Assembly: GCA_027604505.1 (NCBI GenBank)
Contig: JADIIX010000027.1
Coordinates: 1 to 64,000, forward strand
Direction of reading: 5' to 3'
Origin: Gonapodya sp. JEL0774
Lineage: Eukaryota
DNA length: 64,000 nt
Shown here piece after piece: positions 39,621 through 53,722 of this stretch (position 1 is its first letter; each line of letters starts with the position of its first letter). The notes under the pieces were generated by a model. That model saw only the letters and a program-made list of their open reading frames with translations, had not been told where the DNA came from and did not search any database. A program made the position numbers and the translations under genes.

Positions 39621-42604
39621 TCATAAATCAAATCGTAAACCTCTCACGGTGCATACCCTGTCGAATACTTTCCTTCCACCCTCTGCCATCCCTCCTTCAG
39701 CTTTTCTCCACACCTCCCCTAATCTCTTCACTTCTTCCTCATTATCTCCACACGCCCCTTCCAGCGCCCTCAAACCTGCCGTCACTTCCACGTCCAGCGC
39801 TGAAATGACATTCGCCAAGTATCCTGCATCTGTGCCCATTTGCTTTGCTGCCTGATATCCAAGAGATTTCGACTCCCTGCCATCAGGGGCAACTGCTTCC
39901 ACCGCCCTTGCAACGAAACTTATCATGCATCCCTTCGCCACAGCCGACAGCCAGGCTCTCGCAACAACAGCTGGGTCAATTTGCCCACGCGTTGCCTCCG
40001 CATCCCTTGCTGCGGCCTCTACCTCAGCCCGCTCATCGTCTTCGAGGTTTGGTAGGTCACAAGCACGATAGGCGAGTGCGGGACCTTCCGTTGGAGACTC
40101 CGCTAACGAAACAAGAAGCTGGGGTAGGCCCAGAAGGTGCTCCCCGAGGCGGGTCGCGGGGGTAGATGGAGTGAGTGAAAAGGAGAGGCCCGCATCAGGT
40201 TCCGTCGGCGACTGTCCTGCCCCAATTGGATTCCACACAGCCATCGCTCCGTGCGCTTCAATTTGCTTTTCCATGGGAGCTAGGAAAGCCGCCAAGATAG
40301 CTCCATGTGCATCCCCAAGAAGATTGGAGAGAGCCCCTCTTGCGGCCTCAAGTACAATAACGTGGATAGACACATCTTCCGACAGAACCGCGCCGAACAC
40401 TTCAGCCAGATGTCGTCCAACGGTCCCTTCGAAGGCATCTTTTACTAACCCAGAGACACGGGAAAACTCTGTCTCAACGTTTTCAACACCAGATTCAGCG
40501 TCTCGTATAAGCGCCACAAGGCCAATCGCAACGATGAATGCGTCACCACCACGCATATCATTAAATGTAGAGTTGCCCACTACTAGATGCTGTGCTTCTC
40601 CCGCGGATGCGGACAAAACAATGGCCCTGTATGCATCCTGTGCAATAGGACGGCACGATAAGACAACCTCCGAGACGAATGAAGCCGCTGCTTCCGCAAA
40701 TGTATCGATACTACGACCACGAGTAGCCTCCATACATCGTGAGGCCGTTTGGGATGCCTCGGAGAGAGCGGAGGCGATACGGGACGGAAGCAGGCGGGCA
40801 CGGGCAACTAGAGTGAGGTTTTGTGGGGACGTCGTGGCCGGTTGTAGAATGCCGGCGATACGTGCACGCAGGTGAGCTCGTTCTAGGTTATCGGAGCGGC
40901 TGCGGGCAGGAACCAAAGGTCTGAGAAGAAGTGATAACCAAGGGGAATCTGTGTCTGAATCAACGTCTAAAGGTGATCCTTGAGCGGACTCGACAGAACG
41001 GATGAAGGAATCAGAGGCGGAAAAAGCTGCGCACAGATCAGGCCACGCTGATAACGCTGTACTTTGATGCGCCAGTGATGAGGTGGTGGGACTCATGCTG
41101 TCCAATTCGGCCAATCGCCGCTTTACCCACCCCGCTATTGAGCGAGATACGCTTGCCATGGCTGTCGAAATCACGGCGTTTATCGCGACTATACGTGAAG
41201 ATCCGATCACCGGATCAGATATAAGCCCTTCGTCTTGAGCGAGGGTTGCAAGGAGGTGGAGCCCTCGCGGAACGGCATCCGGTATGTCCGATTCGATGTC
41301 CGCGCGGCAAGACGAAACCACGTCCATGGATCGGGCCACGGCATATTTGCGATCAAACCAGGCACCATGGCCTACCCGGACGGCGACTCCGCGGATTCGG
41401 TCAAGCTGAGCGCGCGGGGTGGGATCTGAAGGGCGCGATGAAGATGCGATGAGGTCGGGCAGCATCGCCGAGCAAAGGTGCGTCGCTAGGGAGTCCAGAA
41501 GCGCTCGACGGGCAGAAGATTCAAGATCGTCAGGCCTTGCGGAAGTGCGAGTTAAAGAAGTGGTTGACTGCCCCAGTTCTGCATGGGAGTCAACCAATGT
41601 TGCAAGTTCCAAAAGACGGTCAGCCGCGCGCTCCCACTCGCCGTCTGCAGCGAGGGAGCGCGCTTCCCCTGGAAGAAGGGACCATCTCTGAGAGCGACTG
41701 AGAGCGTCCAACGTGGAAGTGAGGTTGAGTCGGGCTGTGTGGAGGGTGGCAAGTTCTGCGGGTGGTTGTGACAGAGGGTGAGATTGCGACGTACCCTTAT
41801 CTCTGCAAGAGCACGATAAGATCTTTACTTCCCCGGCACGAGATCTGACTTGCAAATTGTTTCTTCTCCATTGAACTCACCATCAGCATCTGCCAACAGA
41901 AGAGACGAATTTATTTTTGCTCCGGAAACATTTGAGTCCCCGTCCAGCGCACCATCTAGCCCGAGCACAGTTATTCGAACGGAAGGTTGTGTCACTCCTG
42001 ATGTAGTGAAAGATTCTGAGCCCTGATTCGGGTTCGCCAGAACATGACTATCTTGGTCAAGTCCTTCTGCACTCATTGACACGGCGCACGTTTTCGTAGC
42101 AAGATCTCTCAGCTTGTGCAATTCCCGCGCTGCGCGGGCTGCGTCCCGAGAGATTGAATCAATTTCTAGGTTTACCCGCGGTAGGATTTTCGTTGTAAGA
42201 TCATCCTGAACTGAGTTGGCGCGCTTCAGGAGGTCAGTTGAGGCAGCAGAGAGGCGAGAGAGAATAGATGATGCCCGTTGTTCAACTGATGTCGGTTGTG
42301 GGGAATACTTAGTGTCCAAGGTTACAGAGGCAATGGACGTTCGTAAAGCTGGTAGTTGCGACGGGCTCGTGCTGAGTGGAGTTTCAAGAGACGAGGTCGA
42401 CGAAGACTTCGAGCTGCTGCTACCATCGCCTGTGTTGTGCCCTCCGTTCGTGTCCGCCTCTTGGTATTCATCATGCAAATCCCATCTCCCGGAAAGAGCT
42501 TGGTTTATCCATTCTTTCACATCGAAGCTGCGATCGCTTGAAATGCCTACTACAGAAACTGATGCCGCTGCGAACACACTTGTCGGTGACAAGCTGCCCT
42601 CCAT
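39621..42604 (-). CDS. COG7: Conserved oligomeric Golgi complex subunit 7-like
   Basis: N-terminal SFDVKEWINQAL; FSLTPSTPATRLGEHLLGLPQLL; QMGTDAGYLANVISALDV. Confidence 0.82.
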
Positions 42605-43471
42605 GAACGTCGTTCCAACAATCAATGAAGTGCTGACTGAATTCCTGCAGCATACATTTAATACTGTGAAGAACAGCAAACGGGATTACAGATACAAATA
42701 GAAACATATATATTTTCGTAGTTAAAAATTTGCTTTCACCATAGATCTTTGGAGAATCCGGAGCACTGAGACCTGGGCATTTTCGGATGAGAAGTCCAGT
42801 GCTTTGTGAGACGGTAAACAGTAACTCGACGCAATTGTAGTGATATGCATATTACGAAGTCATTGGTAATGAGAGGATAGTCCTAGGCGTCCGATAGTCG
42901 AGAAATAGTGTGTCCTGGTGCGCGTTTGTCAACTCACCTGTGTATGAAGTTTTCCCACGAAGGTCGAAGGAGGGGCTGTATTCAAGGGTAGGAAGGTTAG
43001 ATCACTGGATACACATGGATCTTATGTCACGACATTTGTGGTGTTTCATGTAGTCATCATGATGAGTGAGTGACTAAGTGGGACCCACTTTCACTAGGCA
43101 TCCACTGTCAGCACCGGAATCACGGTTTTGTAGGAAAGTGAGCATGAGTGAAAGTGAAAGTGAGGGTGAGGGGGAGAGTGCTTAGCAGTTCAATGACGAA
43201 TGTTGCCTGATGCCAACGTACGAGCGCAGGGTGGACTCTGGTTGCCCATGTATGTGGGCAGGAAACAAGCGAGCCTTGGGTCCCACTTAGTCTGGTTTGG
43301 CAGACGTCAATGTTGGCAGATTTGGATGGGACCGAGTGCACATTGAAACCTCCGGCAAGCCTTTCTGCGTGAGGTGGGATGGGGGTTGCCCAACCAGCCT
43401 GGGGTCCCATTACCTGCGATCATGGTTTCGCATGTGCACATTATTGTCCAGACCACCCCCCACCCCCCCGG

Positions 43472-45297
43472 ATGGGTGATTCGATCGCGACGATCGCATC
43501 GTATTCGGGTGACCCTCTATTCAAGAGTGAGAATCTCCCACGTTGTGAGGTAGTAGAACCGCTCCAGGAACGGGGAGAAACTGGGACATCTGAAGAAGTC
43601 ACAGAAACCCCGTATGGGTGGCTACTCGCGATAGCCTCTTCTATCATAGTACGTTACTTGTCATCTGTTTGTGTGTTTAGCAACATAAAATTTACCGTGT
43701 TTGGTGGAAGGGGGCTTTTGCGATTGGTTTATTCAGTGCATGGGGTATCTTTCAAAAAAACATCATTTTCGAGCGATCGGTATTCCAGGGAAGCAATAAT
43801 GCAGAGCTAGCAATCGTCGGGAGCCTTGCCATTGGTGGGTCCTAGTGCCCTCTGGTCTGATAATAGTCCCCATGCATCTACCATTGATAGGTCCCGTCAC
43901 CGCCTTTGGTGTCTTCACGGGAGTTTTGAGCGATAAGTTTGGCTCTCAGCTCATCGCAGCATCTGGTGGAATCCTGGCCTCGCTCTCCCTCGCCGTCATG
44001 TCATTTTCGACTCAAATGTGGCACCTTTACCTCGCTGCGCTGATGTATGCGCTGGGTTCTTCCATGAGTCTAACGCCAAGCTTGGCGGTAACACCTCAAT
44101 GGTTCGGAAAGTGGCGGTCAGTTCACCCCTATCGCCGCTGTTATTTGTGATTAGGAGTGCACAAAGATCCACTCTTCCCGCCCCTCGGCCTCCCCTACCC
44201 CCCCAACACCCTATTCATCGATTCTCTAGTGGCGTAGCTGTCGGTGTAAATGCCGCTGGTGTCGGTCTCGGTGGCCTTGTATTTCCTCCCCTTGTTCAGT
44301 GGCTGATTGATTTGTGGGGATGGGCTCTCGCACTACGAGTGCTGGCGATTCTCACCCTCGTTTTAATGACAGGCAGTGGAGCGCTTATAAAGCCACACCC
44401 GCGAATTGTCCAAATGGTGGAGCGCAGGAAAATGGAAAAAGAGAGTTCTGCTGGTGAGGGTCTAGTGGTGAGCAAAGAGCGCTTTCAGAACGCTAGTAGA
44501 TCGACGGAACTTTAATCCGCAATCCCTTTCGTCATCGAGACCTTGACAGGTCATACTTCATCCTTCCAGATGTCTTTGCAGCTTCTTCGCAATCCCACTT
44601 TTGCCTTCATCTTCGCATCGCCCTTTCTGTGTGGGTGGAGTTTCTTCGCCCCACAGGCGTACATACCCCAGGCACTCGCAGATGGGGGCTATTCATCTGG
44701 CGTTGGTGCGGGTATGGTGTCCGCAATAGGCGCAACCAACATGGTTGGGCGAGTCGTCCAAGGCCGAATAGGCGACGAACTGGGCACAGTCAATTCGCTC
44801 ATCATCAGCAATCTGACGACCGGACTGTCTGCGCTTGTGTTTTGGCTTGCAGCACCCACCAACATCGTTACAGTGTCACTAACGGCGGTATTTTGGGGCT
44901 TTGCCAACGGAGGGGTGATTGTTGCTTTGCCCATTTTTGCCGCAAAGTATTTTCCTCCTGAGCATGCGGGGCTTGTTACTGGAGCCTTGTTTAGCGGATT
45001 GTGAGTGTCCATCTTGATCTAGGATGTTGCGCTGTTTCTTGCCAGCCATAACTCACCACCATTACATACAGCTTCATTCCTGACATGATTGGCCCTATCG
45101 TCGCGGGGGTCTTGGCAGATGCCTGTACGACTTACCAGGACTCCATTGATCCAAATCTGACTGAGCGGGTGCGAGTGCGGACTTACTGGCCGCCTCTGAT
45201 TGCTTTCATCGGCGTGGTCTGGATTTTGGGAACAATACCAGTGGTGTTTGCCAGGCGCCACGTCCTGCATAGTTGGCAGGTATGGGTTAAAGTGTAG
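43472..45297 (+). CDS. MFS transporter, monocarboxylate (MCT/Mch) family
   Basis: YGWLLAIAS; GVLSDKFG; PQWFGKWR; GVGLGGLVFPP; GRVVQGRIGDELG; many hydrophobic segments. Confidence 0.88.
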
Positions 45298-45446
45298 TTC
45301 TGGCCCTGGCTCGATATTTCTGTGCATGCCGACTGCGCTTGTTACTATAAAAGCAGATAGAGTAGACTGTACAAGATATAGTAGGAATCAACTCCACTCG
45401 CAATACACTTTGGGAAGGGACACAATACTGTACTCAGTGCAAACTG

Positions 45447-45977
45447 CTATCCGCGCCCAGAGCCAGACGCACCTCCAATGCCAAATTTCCCTTTGATAGC
45501 CTCTAATTTGTCAAGTTCGTCATCCTCCGCCAAGTTTCTATCTACATCAGAGTCCACACCTCGTGTAATAGTTTCTTGTACGTCCGTTTCTGCCTCTCCT
45601 TCCACCTCCTCATCCTCGTGCATACTCTGGAACATCTTGGGCAAGTTCAACCCCACTCGATTAGCACTGGCTTGGATACGCTCGGAGTCCGTCATCCTAT
45701 CGACGGGCCAGTACGTTTCCATCATGTGCCGGTGCGCACGGGTTTGTTCGAGATATGTGGCAAGGTCAGCGAGATTACGGTGCTCAACGACGGAAGGAGG
45801 AATCGCGGTCGCTAATGGAAGCGACGTGGAGAGGGCACCACCCGAGGAACGAATAATATTGATCGTTGTGGATTTGAAGACGGTGCTTTGGTTCACGGAC
45901 GTGTACTGTTTCCTCACTTCGCGGAGGATGCGGCGGTAAAGCGAAGGAAGGGAAGGGAGTGGTGCATTTGTGGACAT
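45447..45977 (-). CDS. FMC1: ATP synthase assembly factor Fmc1 (LYR family)
   Basis: SLYRRILRE; ATYLEQTR; ERIQASANRVGLNLP. Confidence 0.8.
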   Translation of the reverse strand: MSTNAPLPSLPSLYRRILREVRKQYTSVNQSTVFKSTTINIIRSSGGALSTSLPLATAIPPSVVEHRNLADLATYLEQTRAHRHMMETYWPVDRMTDSERIQASANRVGLNLPKMFQSMHEDEEVEGEAETDVQETITRGVDSDVDRNLAEDDELDKLEAIKGKFGIGGASGSGRG

Positions 45978-46362
45978 TTCGGAGATGATCCGGTAATGCG
46001 ATCTTAAAGCAGCGATTTGCAGGAAGTGTGCATGGGAACGGAAAAATTGGCTCCCCCCACCCCGCCTCGCACACCTGATACAGAAAGCAACCACCCTTCG
46101 CCTAAACAGTGCAAACGAATTGGATGGAAACTTATGCAACCAGGCCCTGCTACTTGGTAAGCGAGGTGGGCATCTGATAACAATTTGCATTTGTCACTTG
46201 TCAATGAGTATGATACAGTCGTACAGAAGTGAAAATAGTCCTATGAATGAAAAATTCAACCACATCACAGGTTAGTCGATTATCCGTGCAATGTTCGTTC
46301 TTCAAGCTCGTCGCATCGTGTGTATGTCCGCCCAACCCCAATATCACAGTGTTTCCGGAGGG

Positions 46363-46834
46363 TTACTTCCTACTCTGTAACTCCGGATTCTCTCCCGGAC
46401 TTGCAGTTGGTGGTGCAGATAACACCGTAGCTGCGAGGAGTCGTCGTTCTTCGTCGAGGAGGTCAGCAAGCCTACGTTCCTGTAGAGACATTTGCAGGAG
46501 TCATGAGTTGGATTAGCGTTGACGGACGGTGAGAAGGTAATGCAAGAAGGGGTGAGAGGGAGAATGGTGGAAAGCAAGGAAGCGTGAAGAGAGTACTCAC
46601 TTTCCGCGTCAATCGGATGTGCTGCTCCAGGTAGGAGCCCCCGAGTGACCCTAGTGTAACCAGTCCGAGAGCCTGTGATTAGATGAAAATGATGTTCGAG
46701 GAGAAATCAGGAGACGTAGTGAATGAGAAGGACGATGGTCAACAGGGGAAACGTAGCCAAGGTTCTACCTTGAGAAAGATGGGCATCCCCGATGCAGGAA
46801 CAGAGGACGTATTCGTCGTCCAGATGGCCTTCAT
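46363..46834 (-). CDS. Small hypothetical protein (~84 aa, one hydrophobic segment)
   Basis: Three exons joined in frame by GT-AG introns: MKAIW...PIFLK|ALGLVTLGSLGGSYLEQHIRLTRK|ERRLADLLDEERRLL...SRK*. Confidence 0.55.
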
Positions 46835-46986
46835 TTTTACAGTACAAAGGGATAAATTGTGTTCGCGGCTTTGTCGTGATTGATCTTCACAGAAAGATTC
46901 TAGCCTGGCAATAATAATCGCTGTGTTATGTAATCACATAAAAAATACTTTGCGTGTAAAGATTCGTGACTCACTAAAGGTTGCGA

Positions 46987-48051
46987 ATGACCGGCAAAAT
47001 TTCCCAATCTCCAAGCAGAATTTATTCTCTCTTCGGATTCGCCGTTGTCGTCGCATTTGCTGCAACTCTTTTTGCCGCGTCCCGGGTTCCTCCATCAATC
47101 AACCAAAATATGACCCGTGGTCCCTACGAAGCGCTCGCCGAAAACTTGGAAATCTCTCACCTTGTACTCAAGAGGGGTGTCAAACAGCTTGAGATCGTGA
47201 GTTTCTTGGTACTTTGGGCGGGATTCTGTTCCACGAGAATAGCGATTCCCCGCTCTGCAGCTTAGAACCGAGTCATTCTCTTCATTCTGTCTCCTCAGCC
47301 TGAACTTTTTTGCTTTCGTATCTGCATTTCTTACTTCCCTTATTCCATGCTACCTCTCCGCTATCGCCACTTTCTGGTGGACTGCAGTTCGGTCCCAAAG
47401 TAACGCCTGCTGAACTCCCATCCTTTCTGGGCTACGCCCTCGCCTTCCTCGCCAATCTTGGCTCCCACCATGATCAAGAGGAAGCAGTCGTATTCCCCGC
47501 TTTGTCCCCCAAGGTCCCTGCAATCGCACAACGACACGCAGAGCACGTTGTGCTCCACGCTCACATGGACGCATTCAAGTCCTGGCTCGAAAACTGCAGA
47601 GACGGCAAGGAGACTTGGGATGCGGTGAAGTTCGCAGAGCTCCTCAAACCCGTCAAAGATACTGTTATTCCTCACGTCACCGCGGAGGAATCTGACGTGG
47701 TTCCTGGATCGCTCAAAGCTGCAGGGATTTCAGAGGAAGAAATTACCACTCTGGTCCAAAATATGGCTCAATCTGGAAAAGCGACACCTGATAAGTCAAT
47801 GTCAGTAACACGAAAGTTTCCTTGATCCAATAGCTCAATTCTCACACACCTTGCACTATTTCGTGGCATATCTCTCCTGCCCACCATAAATCGACTCCAG
47901 CATTCTAGCTTTTCTTTTCGTTCACACTACACCGGAAGAACGCTCTCGATTCTTCGGAAAAGCGCCTTACATAGTTCGTGAATATGTGTTCTGGACCTAC
48001 ACGCTCTGGAACTACCAGTACTGGTCCTATGCTTCGACTGCGTCATTGTGA
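46987..48051 (+). CDS. Hemerythrin (HHE)-domain protein
   Basis: His/Glu ligand pattern SHLVLKRG, HHDQEE...FPAL, HAEH, HVTAEE. An N-terminal hydrophobic stretch is present if ATG 46987 is used. Confidence 0.82.
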
Positions 48052-48270
48052 ATTTTGGTGATAGGAGCCAACTCAGGTACATGTCACGGTTTGGTGGTGA
48101 GAAAGGAGCGTCGAGAGAAGTTGGTGATTTGGGTCACACATGGATTGTTACTTTAATCGCTGTTCTGTGTACTCCATGTAAATCGTGCTGCGCGAATACA
48201 AATGACGAGAACACTATATTCAATCTCCAAATCGTGTGTCAATGTGCGTAGTGGCATTCTATCATTGCAT

Positions 48271-51200
48271 TTACAGTTTCGCCTCCACCACAGCTTTCCA
48301 GGTGGGCCTTGCGATTCGTGCGAGAGACAATGGCACAGGAGTGCCCGTTAAGGTTGATGAAGAACTTCTCGAAAACAGTACTATTACTTACCAGAACATT
48401 TTACTGGCTTCAGATACATCCAGACTAATGACTTTTTGCACATTTTCAAGAGAAACCTTCATGAAGACATCGTGGAATTGAGTATTGACGCCTGCGAGTC
48501 AGTCATTGAAATCGACATTACCGCTCGAATTCGATAACTCTTGCTCTTCGTTGCCCTCTTGGATATCTCAAGAGGCGTCAGTTCCGGCACAAATTTGGAT
48601 TTGGAAACGAGCACGGTGTTTTCGTTGGAAGCCGGCTCCAAGTCCGATTCCGGTGTGTCAATCGCCATTGTATCGTCTCCGTCGGATCCTGTTGTGTCCG
48701 AATCCGAATCATCGCTCAAGAAATGAGCAGGCTCCACAGTATCGGCTACATCGCTGGGCCAGCCTTCGATGGGATTGACCTGGGATCGACGACAAAAGTC
48801 GATTGTTTGAAAGTCCAAAACATGCAAAGAGATACAGTCCACGAAAGTCTCACCGTCCTCGCATCTCTGCCATTGACGCCATAGCCAACAGCCTCCAAGA
48901 AGGTGTCGAGATTCGGCGTCGGCTTCCCATCGACCTCAGTAATGAACCAACAGGCGCTGAGAGAATCCCGCTGGGCCGGGCTCCCGGAGTACAACAGGCT
49001 CACGTACACCCCCTGTGGAATCTGCTTGACTTGGAAAGTGATCGGTCTGTGGGGCATTTGAACAATAGCACCTGCCCAATGGACAATCTGAACGCGCGGT
49101 AACCCTGATAGAAATCGTGTCGGTACAACGACTTCAATCTCCTTGCCTTCTCGAAGAATACGAAGGGTGACAGGTGAAGGTCCTCCCTTATCCCAAATTG
49201 ACGAAAGTTCCCGCGGCGAAGTAATGAGTTGGCTGAGGTCCCTCATTCGCGTCACAAGACGGCCATTAATGGTCAGAAGTAGGTCGCCTTCCCTCAGTGA
49301 CGTTTCCTCGTTGTAATCTCCGACATAATGGTTCGTGCTATTCACTATGCGAGCAGGAATTCGGCGTACAGTGACTGGGAATAAATGTGGTCTTTGGAGC
49401 TCGCTCCTCTCCAACACAACAGAACAACATTCCTTCTACTCACCAAAACTGTAACGTGAGGGCCCGCCGGGTAACAAGGTCGATTCCTCAAAGTTTGCGT
49501 CTTCTTCAATTTCTTCCACGACGGCGTTCTCTTCGTCCAAGATCTCCGAGTCCTGAATTGCATCGAGGTACGCGAGTGTGCCCTGATCATCCATACTCGC
49601 GTTAACGGGGCGTATAGTGGCCTTAGAGGCCTTGGACCTGGCCTTCATCATCCTTGTGATCCATTTCTCATTCAACCCCAGCTCCCGTGCTTTCCAAAAG
49701 TACGACTCAGTCAACTCTACATCAAGAACACGGAGACATGGGAGGCCCCACACTTTCTCCTCTTCGTTGACTGAATCCACTCTTTGCTGAATTCTCTGGA
49801 TAGAATCCTGCACAGCCTTGATGATTTCGGCGATCATCCCACCAGCTTCAAGGGAAGCCCCAATGTAGGTGCTTGACTCCGGATGCATCAACCAGATCGC
49901 CATGGCGATCCCATCCTCATTCAGAATAACCCCCGAATCCTCGTTCATCGGTTTATGGAGAGTCACAGCCTCGTCAAAGCTGAGGGTACGGTACTTCGGA
50001 GGGTGGGTGTCGGCGAACAGGTAGTAACCTCTTGACTTGACTTGGGTTTTCAAAGCACGAGGAACAGCGGTGGAGGAATTTATTGTGACAAGGTACACGG
50101 GATCATTGGCGACGAGAGTTCCGTGACGTGGTTCAGGGAGAGTAACTTGTCGGATGGGAACGTTGGCGGCAAGGTTCACATCATACTGTTGTATTTTGTG
50201 TGTGTGGGGGGGGGGAATTCGTGAGATGGAGAAGATTAATGACGACTTGCAAACACGAAATAGAGATTTGAAGTCAAGAGCCGGACCACAACTCACGCGA
50301 ACGAGGACAAAATTTTGCTGTGGATGGATCCACTGGACCACTGCCGGCACCATCACCGTGTTCGCAAACAGCACAAACACTTTTCCCAGAGCCGTCGTAG
50401 TCACACTTCTATCCACAATCACCAGTCCCAACTCCTGATCTACCACCACACCCACACCTTCGGACCACTTGGAGTTCACGCCGTCGATCCCAAATGGTGC
50501 ATGGAACTCGACCACGCAAAGCGACCGTGCCGCGTTGTGTGAAAGCTTGGAGATTGTGTTTCGTTGTGGGGAAAAGTCCGCGAAGCGTGCGGTGTGAACG
50601 CGCGGGGGTTCAGGAGATGGCAGGGAGTGAATGTGGGTGAATTTCCAGAGCCCCGTGGAGTCGTCGCGCGTGACGAGGCGGAGGCGACCCCAGCGTTTCT
50701 CTAACCAAGTAGGTTACCATGAATGCTGGGAGACATGCTTGAACAAGACAAGACGGACTTAACGACTCACCAATGGTGATGATCTTCACCAGCTCCACAT
50801 TCTTCTTGGACAGGGAATAGTACCGCACTGCAACAACCCACATGCGATGTGAATATCCAAGATTGATTCCACAGCATTTCCCCTCCGACAACGGCAACTC
50901 ACCAGGTACTCTCTTATCATTTGGAAGCTTCTGCATCACTACAACCTGGAATGGTCAACTCACATCAAGGTGCGACAGGCTCTCTCATTGATGTCACTCA
51001 CCGTTGACAAATGAAACGATATCGGGTGTGCGCACGTGATTGACGCTCACGATTATGGAAAACCCAGGAATGCCCGCTGCATCACGTTAAAAAAAATCCA
51101 TTGATGGGGAGGCGTGGAGGAGTGGAGAGAATGCACGTGCACAAAGCAAAGGTGCATGTAAAGTCACCACAAATGTCCAACGAATCACACCAAAGCGAAC

Positions 51201-51980
51201 CCACCCAACGCAAACATATGACCCGCATCCGCGACAAACACCCCACCACACGGATGTAGGTATGCCCGTGCGAGCTGGAAGCTGAGCGGATGCACGCTGC
51301 CCCCGCCCACCTCCACGTACTCTGCCGGCGTCACCGCACGGAGATCCTGGGCGTAAATGGAAACCTCGACGATCTTCCCGTTGCGGAGCACCGTGAGCGA
51401 CACGGGTTTGCCGAGGCCCGGAATCGGCAGGGCAGCGGAATGGTCAGGCGACGATGCGGAGTCGGGCGCCGCGCCCGCCGCCGAAGCGGTCGCCGCCAGT
51501 CCCGCCGCGACGCCCGGCTCAGCTGGTACATCCTCCACCGCAGTGTCGACAACCTCGGCCATATCTACAAAGTGGTTCACGAGCTTGCCCTCGACCTTGA
51601 TCACCAAATCGCCTGTCCTGAGCAACCCGTATCCTGGTCCTCCCGGCACAATGTGCCTCACCGCCAGCACGCCGTTCAGATCGGGATTCAAAGCCCTGAA
51701 CTGCGATTCCAAGTCCGCCGGCAGACCGAGCCTCTTGCAATCGTCGTAGGTCCTCTGCACAAACTCCACCTGCAAGGTCCCTCTGGGAACGGGCTCTCCC
51801 CGCCGCAGCCGATCGAGGGCAACCTTGACGCGCTCAAGAGGGAGAAAGAAAGATGAGGCTGCGGAGGAGGAGCCGCCGGCGTTGAGCGCCACTGCTTCTC
51901 CTTGAATGTTGATCACAGGACTTCCAGAGGATCCGCCCGAGGTGTTGGACGAAGCCTGAATGTAGAAGGTATTGAGGTCA
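48271..51980 (-). CDS. NMA111: Nma111/Ynm3 HtrA-family serine protease (5' part missing)
   Basis: DLNTFYIQASSNTSGGSSGSPVINIQGEAVALNAGG...FFLPLERV...PRGTLQ; PDZ-like segments. No upstream exons found. Confidence 0.92.
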
Positions 51981-52069
51981 CTATCGTTTGTGTTTGGTTG
52001 AAAAGGAGCGTGTCAGTCAGCCTTGGAAACCTCCCCCCCCCCACCCACCACCGCGCATCCAAAACACAG

Positions 52070-53722
52070 GTTCCCCTTCATTCAACCAGGTCCCAACTCT
52101 TAATCGCCCCGGCTCATGGAAGGATCAAGGGATGTACGTTCCCCACAAACCAAACTCCATAGACAACTGTGCGGCTCCCCCTCTTCGCCCCCCCGCTCAT
52201 CGACCCCCGCCACGACCCCGCAGGCTACATTTCCTGGTCCCACGCCATCCTCTCCGCGACGGTGGACCGCGCACGCACGCTCACCGCACCCACCCGCGAC
52301 CTGGCGCTGGCCGGATCGTTCTTCCCTGCCAACGACCAGGACCGCGACCCACACGCCGCCCACCACCCGTCCCCCTCATCCACCGCCGGGCTCGGCGCGT
52401 GCGACACCCCCGACACCCTCGTCCTCCCTACCCTGCAAGTCGCTCCGCTCGCCATCCGCAACGATCACGCGCTCCTCCTCGCGCTCTTCTCCCTCGTCGC
52501 CCACTGCGGGGATCGTGCAATTGCGTGGTTTACCTCGGGGTACTTCAACGTCGAGAGGGGGTTGTGGGACCGCATCGTGGGCGGTGGGGGCAGGTGGAGG
52601 GTCGCGACCGCAGCGCCCGAGGTGGGTCTGCGGGGTTGGGGATACGCTAGGCTGGGGCGATGAGTGGAGTGGGTGGAGTGTGGGAATGGTCACGGGGGGG
52701 GGAGCGCTGGAGTGGGTTGCATGCTGTACAGTGGCATGCCCGTCCGGCCGCTGTCACGAATCTGTTACCCCCCACCAGTGCTGACCTGCTCTGCTCCCAC
52801 CTCCCACCTCCCATCTCCCCCTCCCTCTCGTTGATTTCGTCTCTTCGGACCGTCCCGACTACCACACCACGCCAACCCGCATCCCCCCCCCCCCGCGACC
52901 ACCCGCCAGGCCAACGGATTTCTCAACAGTTCAGGCGTGTCCCGTCACATCCCCGCAGCTTACACCCACCTAGAACGCGTCGCTTTCGAGGACGTGCAAA
53001 GGGCTGGAAAGACCCACCAGGTCGACATCGCAGAGTGGAAAAGGGCAGACTGGACGTACCACGCCAAAGGTGGGTGCTCTTGGGGGCTGACGGCTGACGG
53101 CGTCGGGATGGTGACGCAGCCGTTCAAGGCGTGACGGAGAGCACGGCGGCGCTTTGTGATGGGGTGGGTGCAGTGCGGTGGTGTCGGTCCGAATTCAGTC
53201 TCACTTTGAGATTTCTCCCGTCGTCCGTCATCCGTGGGGACGCGTGGCTTGTCTCTGCCCACTGCCACTATCTCTGCCTCGGCAGGTTTCTGGCTCGCCG
53301 CCCCCTCTCTCTTTCCCCCTCCACTCGCCCCCTCCGGCACTCCTCCCTCGCCAACCGACACTCCGACGGTGGATCCGGCGCCATTCCTAACCGTTGTCGG
53401 ATCCACAAACTTTGGCGAGCGATCGTTCACACGGGATGTGGAGGCGAACGCGGTCATCATCACGTCGAATCGCACACTGAGGAACGAGCTCGCCAAGGTG
53501 AGACGCCCAGGGTATGGCAGGAAGGGTTTGGGGGAGGCGATGCGCGTCGTTGTAAAGATGTCTCACCTACGTGTGATCGGACCTTTGGTTCCCTTTCTTC
53601 AGGAGGTTGAGCGTCTCTGGTCGCACACCGAACGCGTTACGGCGGAGACATTTGAGCGGCCGGACAGGGCCGTGCCGAGATGGGTCAAGGCGGTTACCAA
53701 AGTGCTGAGGACATCCTTTTAG
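52070..53722 (+). CDS. PGS1: Phosphatidylglycerophosphate synthase (5' part missing)
   Basis: FTSGYFN; AAPE|ANGF...SGVSRHIPAAY; WTYHAK|GFW; VVGSTNFGERSFTRDVEA. The first HKD-like half is not seen. Confidence 0.9.

Noticed and set aside
51988..53496. Many overlapping Pro/Arg-rich ORFs
   Set aside because: By-products of high GC content. Only the PGS1 frames carry conserved motifs.
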